From: Nitrososphaera viennensis EN76
GTDB lineage: Archaea; Thermoproteota; Nitrososphaeria; Nitrososphaerales; Nitrososphaeraceae
DNA length: 32,000 nt
Assembly: GCF_000698785.1 (NCBI RefSeq)
Contig: NZ_CP007536.1
Coordinates: 2,160,001 to 2,192,000, forward strand
Direction of reading: 5' to 3'
Shown: piece by piece, positions 31,568 to 32,000 of the stretch
Layout of the letters: each line of letters starts with the position of its first letter
Numbering within the stretch: the first letter of the stretch is position 1
The notes under the pieces: generated by a model
Seen by the model: the letters and a program-made list of their open reading frames with translations, nothing else
The model's database searches: none
What the model was told of the DNA's origin: nothing
Program-made: the position numbers and the translations under genes

Positions 31568-32000
31568 ATGATGATCCCTTTTGCCCTTGTGCTAGCTGTT
31601 ATCCTTATTGCAGGCCTTGCGCCTTCAAACCAGGCCGCAGCATATGCACCCTATTCCATCAAGCTGGGCTCGCCTATACTGGATGTTGCCGTCAATCCTG
31701 CTACAAACACGATTTATGTCTCACACGTGAATTCCATTTCCGTGATAAACGGCTCCAGTTACAGCCTTGCCGCCACTATTCCGCTGGATGCCACCAACGA
31801 TGCTGTCGGGCTAGCGGTCGACGCGCCTGCCAACAGGCTGTACGCCGCTGCCCAGGATTCCAATCAGGTGTACGTCATTGACACGCTAGCAAACCGGGTC
31901 GTCGAAAAAATACCTGCCAGGGGATGGCCGGTAGGCGTCGCAGTCAACCCGGAGACAAACCTTGTTTATGTTGCAAATTCTGCATCGGGACGGTCCGAGT
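31568..32000 (+). CDS. YVTN-family beta-propeller repeat protein, 5' part (runs off the window)
   Basis: My own translation of the frame starting at ATG 31568 is MMIPFALVLAVILIAGLAPSNQAAA..LDVAVNPATNTIYVSHVNSISVINGSS..AVGLAVDAPANRLYAAAQDSNQVYVIDTLANRVVEKIP..PVGVAVNPETNLVYVANSASG. There is no stop before the window end. The ORF-track entry 31531-31881 is in a different frame. Confidence 0.8.
   Translation, partial: MMIPFALVLAVILIAGLAPSNQAAAYAPYSIKLGSPILDVAVNPATNTIYVSHVNSISVINGSSYSLAATIPLDATNDAVGLAVDAPANRLYAAAQDSNQVYVIDTLANRVVEKIPARGWPVGVAVNPETNLVYVANSASGRSE

Noticed and set aside
31531-31881. ORF-track entry of 116 aa (MPPWRTYAARTWHDDPFCPC...).
   Set aside because: It is in the wrong frame. 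The frame starting at ATG 31568 gives a signal peptide plus clear YVTN beta-propeller repeats and stays open to the window end.

Overview
This is an archaeal chromosomal window, probably from a Nitrososphaerales/Thaumarchaeota-like genome. That placement is an inference from a PEF-CTERM-type sorting signal, an Alba protein, an archaeal ATPase_2 family ATPase and TATA-to-start spacings typical of leaderless mRNAs.

The left part (about 1-17.3 kb) is visibly more AT-rich and looks accessory. It holds:
- an ORF-poor first kilobase with a dense array of TGGYRCCA palindromes;
- a bitopic membrane protein divergent from a 629-aa polytopic membrane protein;
- a two-gene operon (archaeal AAA-type ATPase with a winged helix, then a PH/GRAM-like protein);
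- a stand-alone Pyrococcus-type cas6;
- a complete subtype I-B (Cst1/Cst2, Tneap-like) CRISPR-Cas locus. It has cas6-cas8b-cas7-cas5-cas3 on the minus strand and cas4-cas1-cas2 on the plus strand, followed by a CRISPR array of 32 identical 30-bp repeats and 31 spacers.

The right part (17.3-32 kb) is GC-rich and mostly housekeeping. It holds:
- a Nudix CoA pyrophosphatase, a PRC-barrel-like protein and a frameshifted usp;
- small zinc-ribbon and membrane proteins and an MTHFR-like protein;
- an AT-rich islet with a Cys-rich protein, then an orphan ABC ATPase and a paralog of the left-hand bitopic membrane protein;
- a split cobalamin-dependent methionine synthase, interrupted by a membrane-anchored protein with an internal pterin-4a-carbinolamine dehydratase domain;
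- an Alba protein with extended tails, a lamin-tail/beta-propeller surface protein with a PEF-CTERM-like anchor, and the 5' part of a YVTN beta-propeller protein.

I found no tRNA, rRNA, transposase or integrase. All functional calls rest on motifs I could read in the translations. No database search was run.
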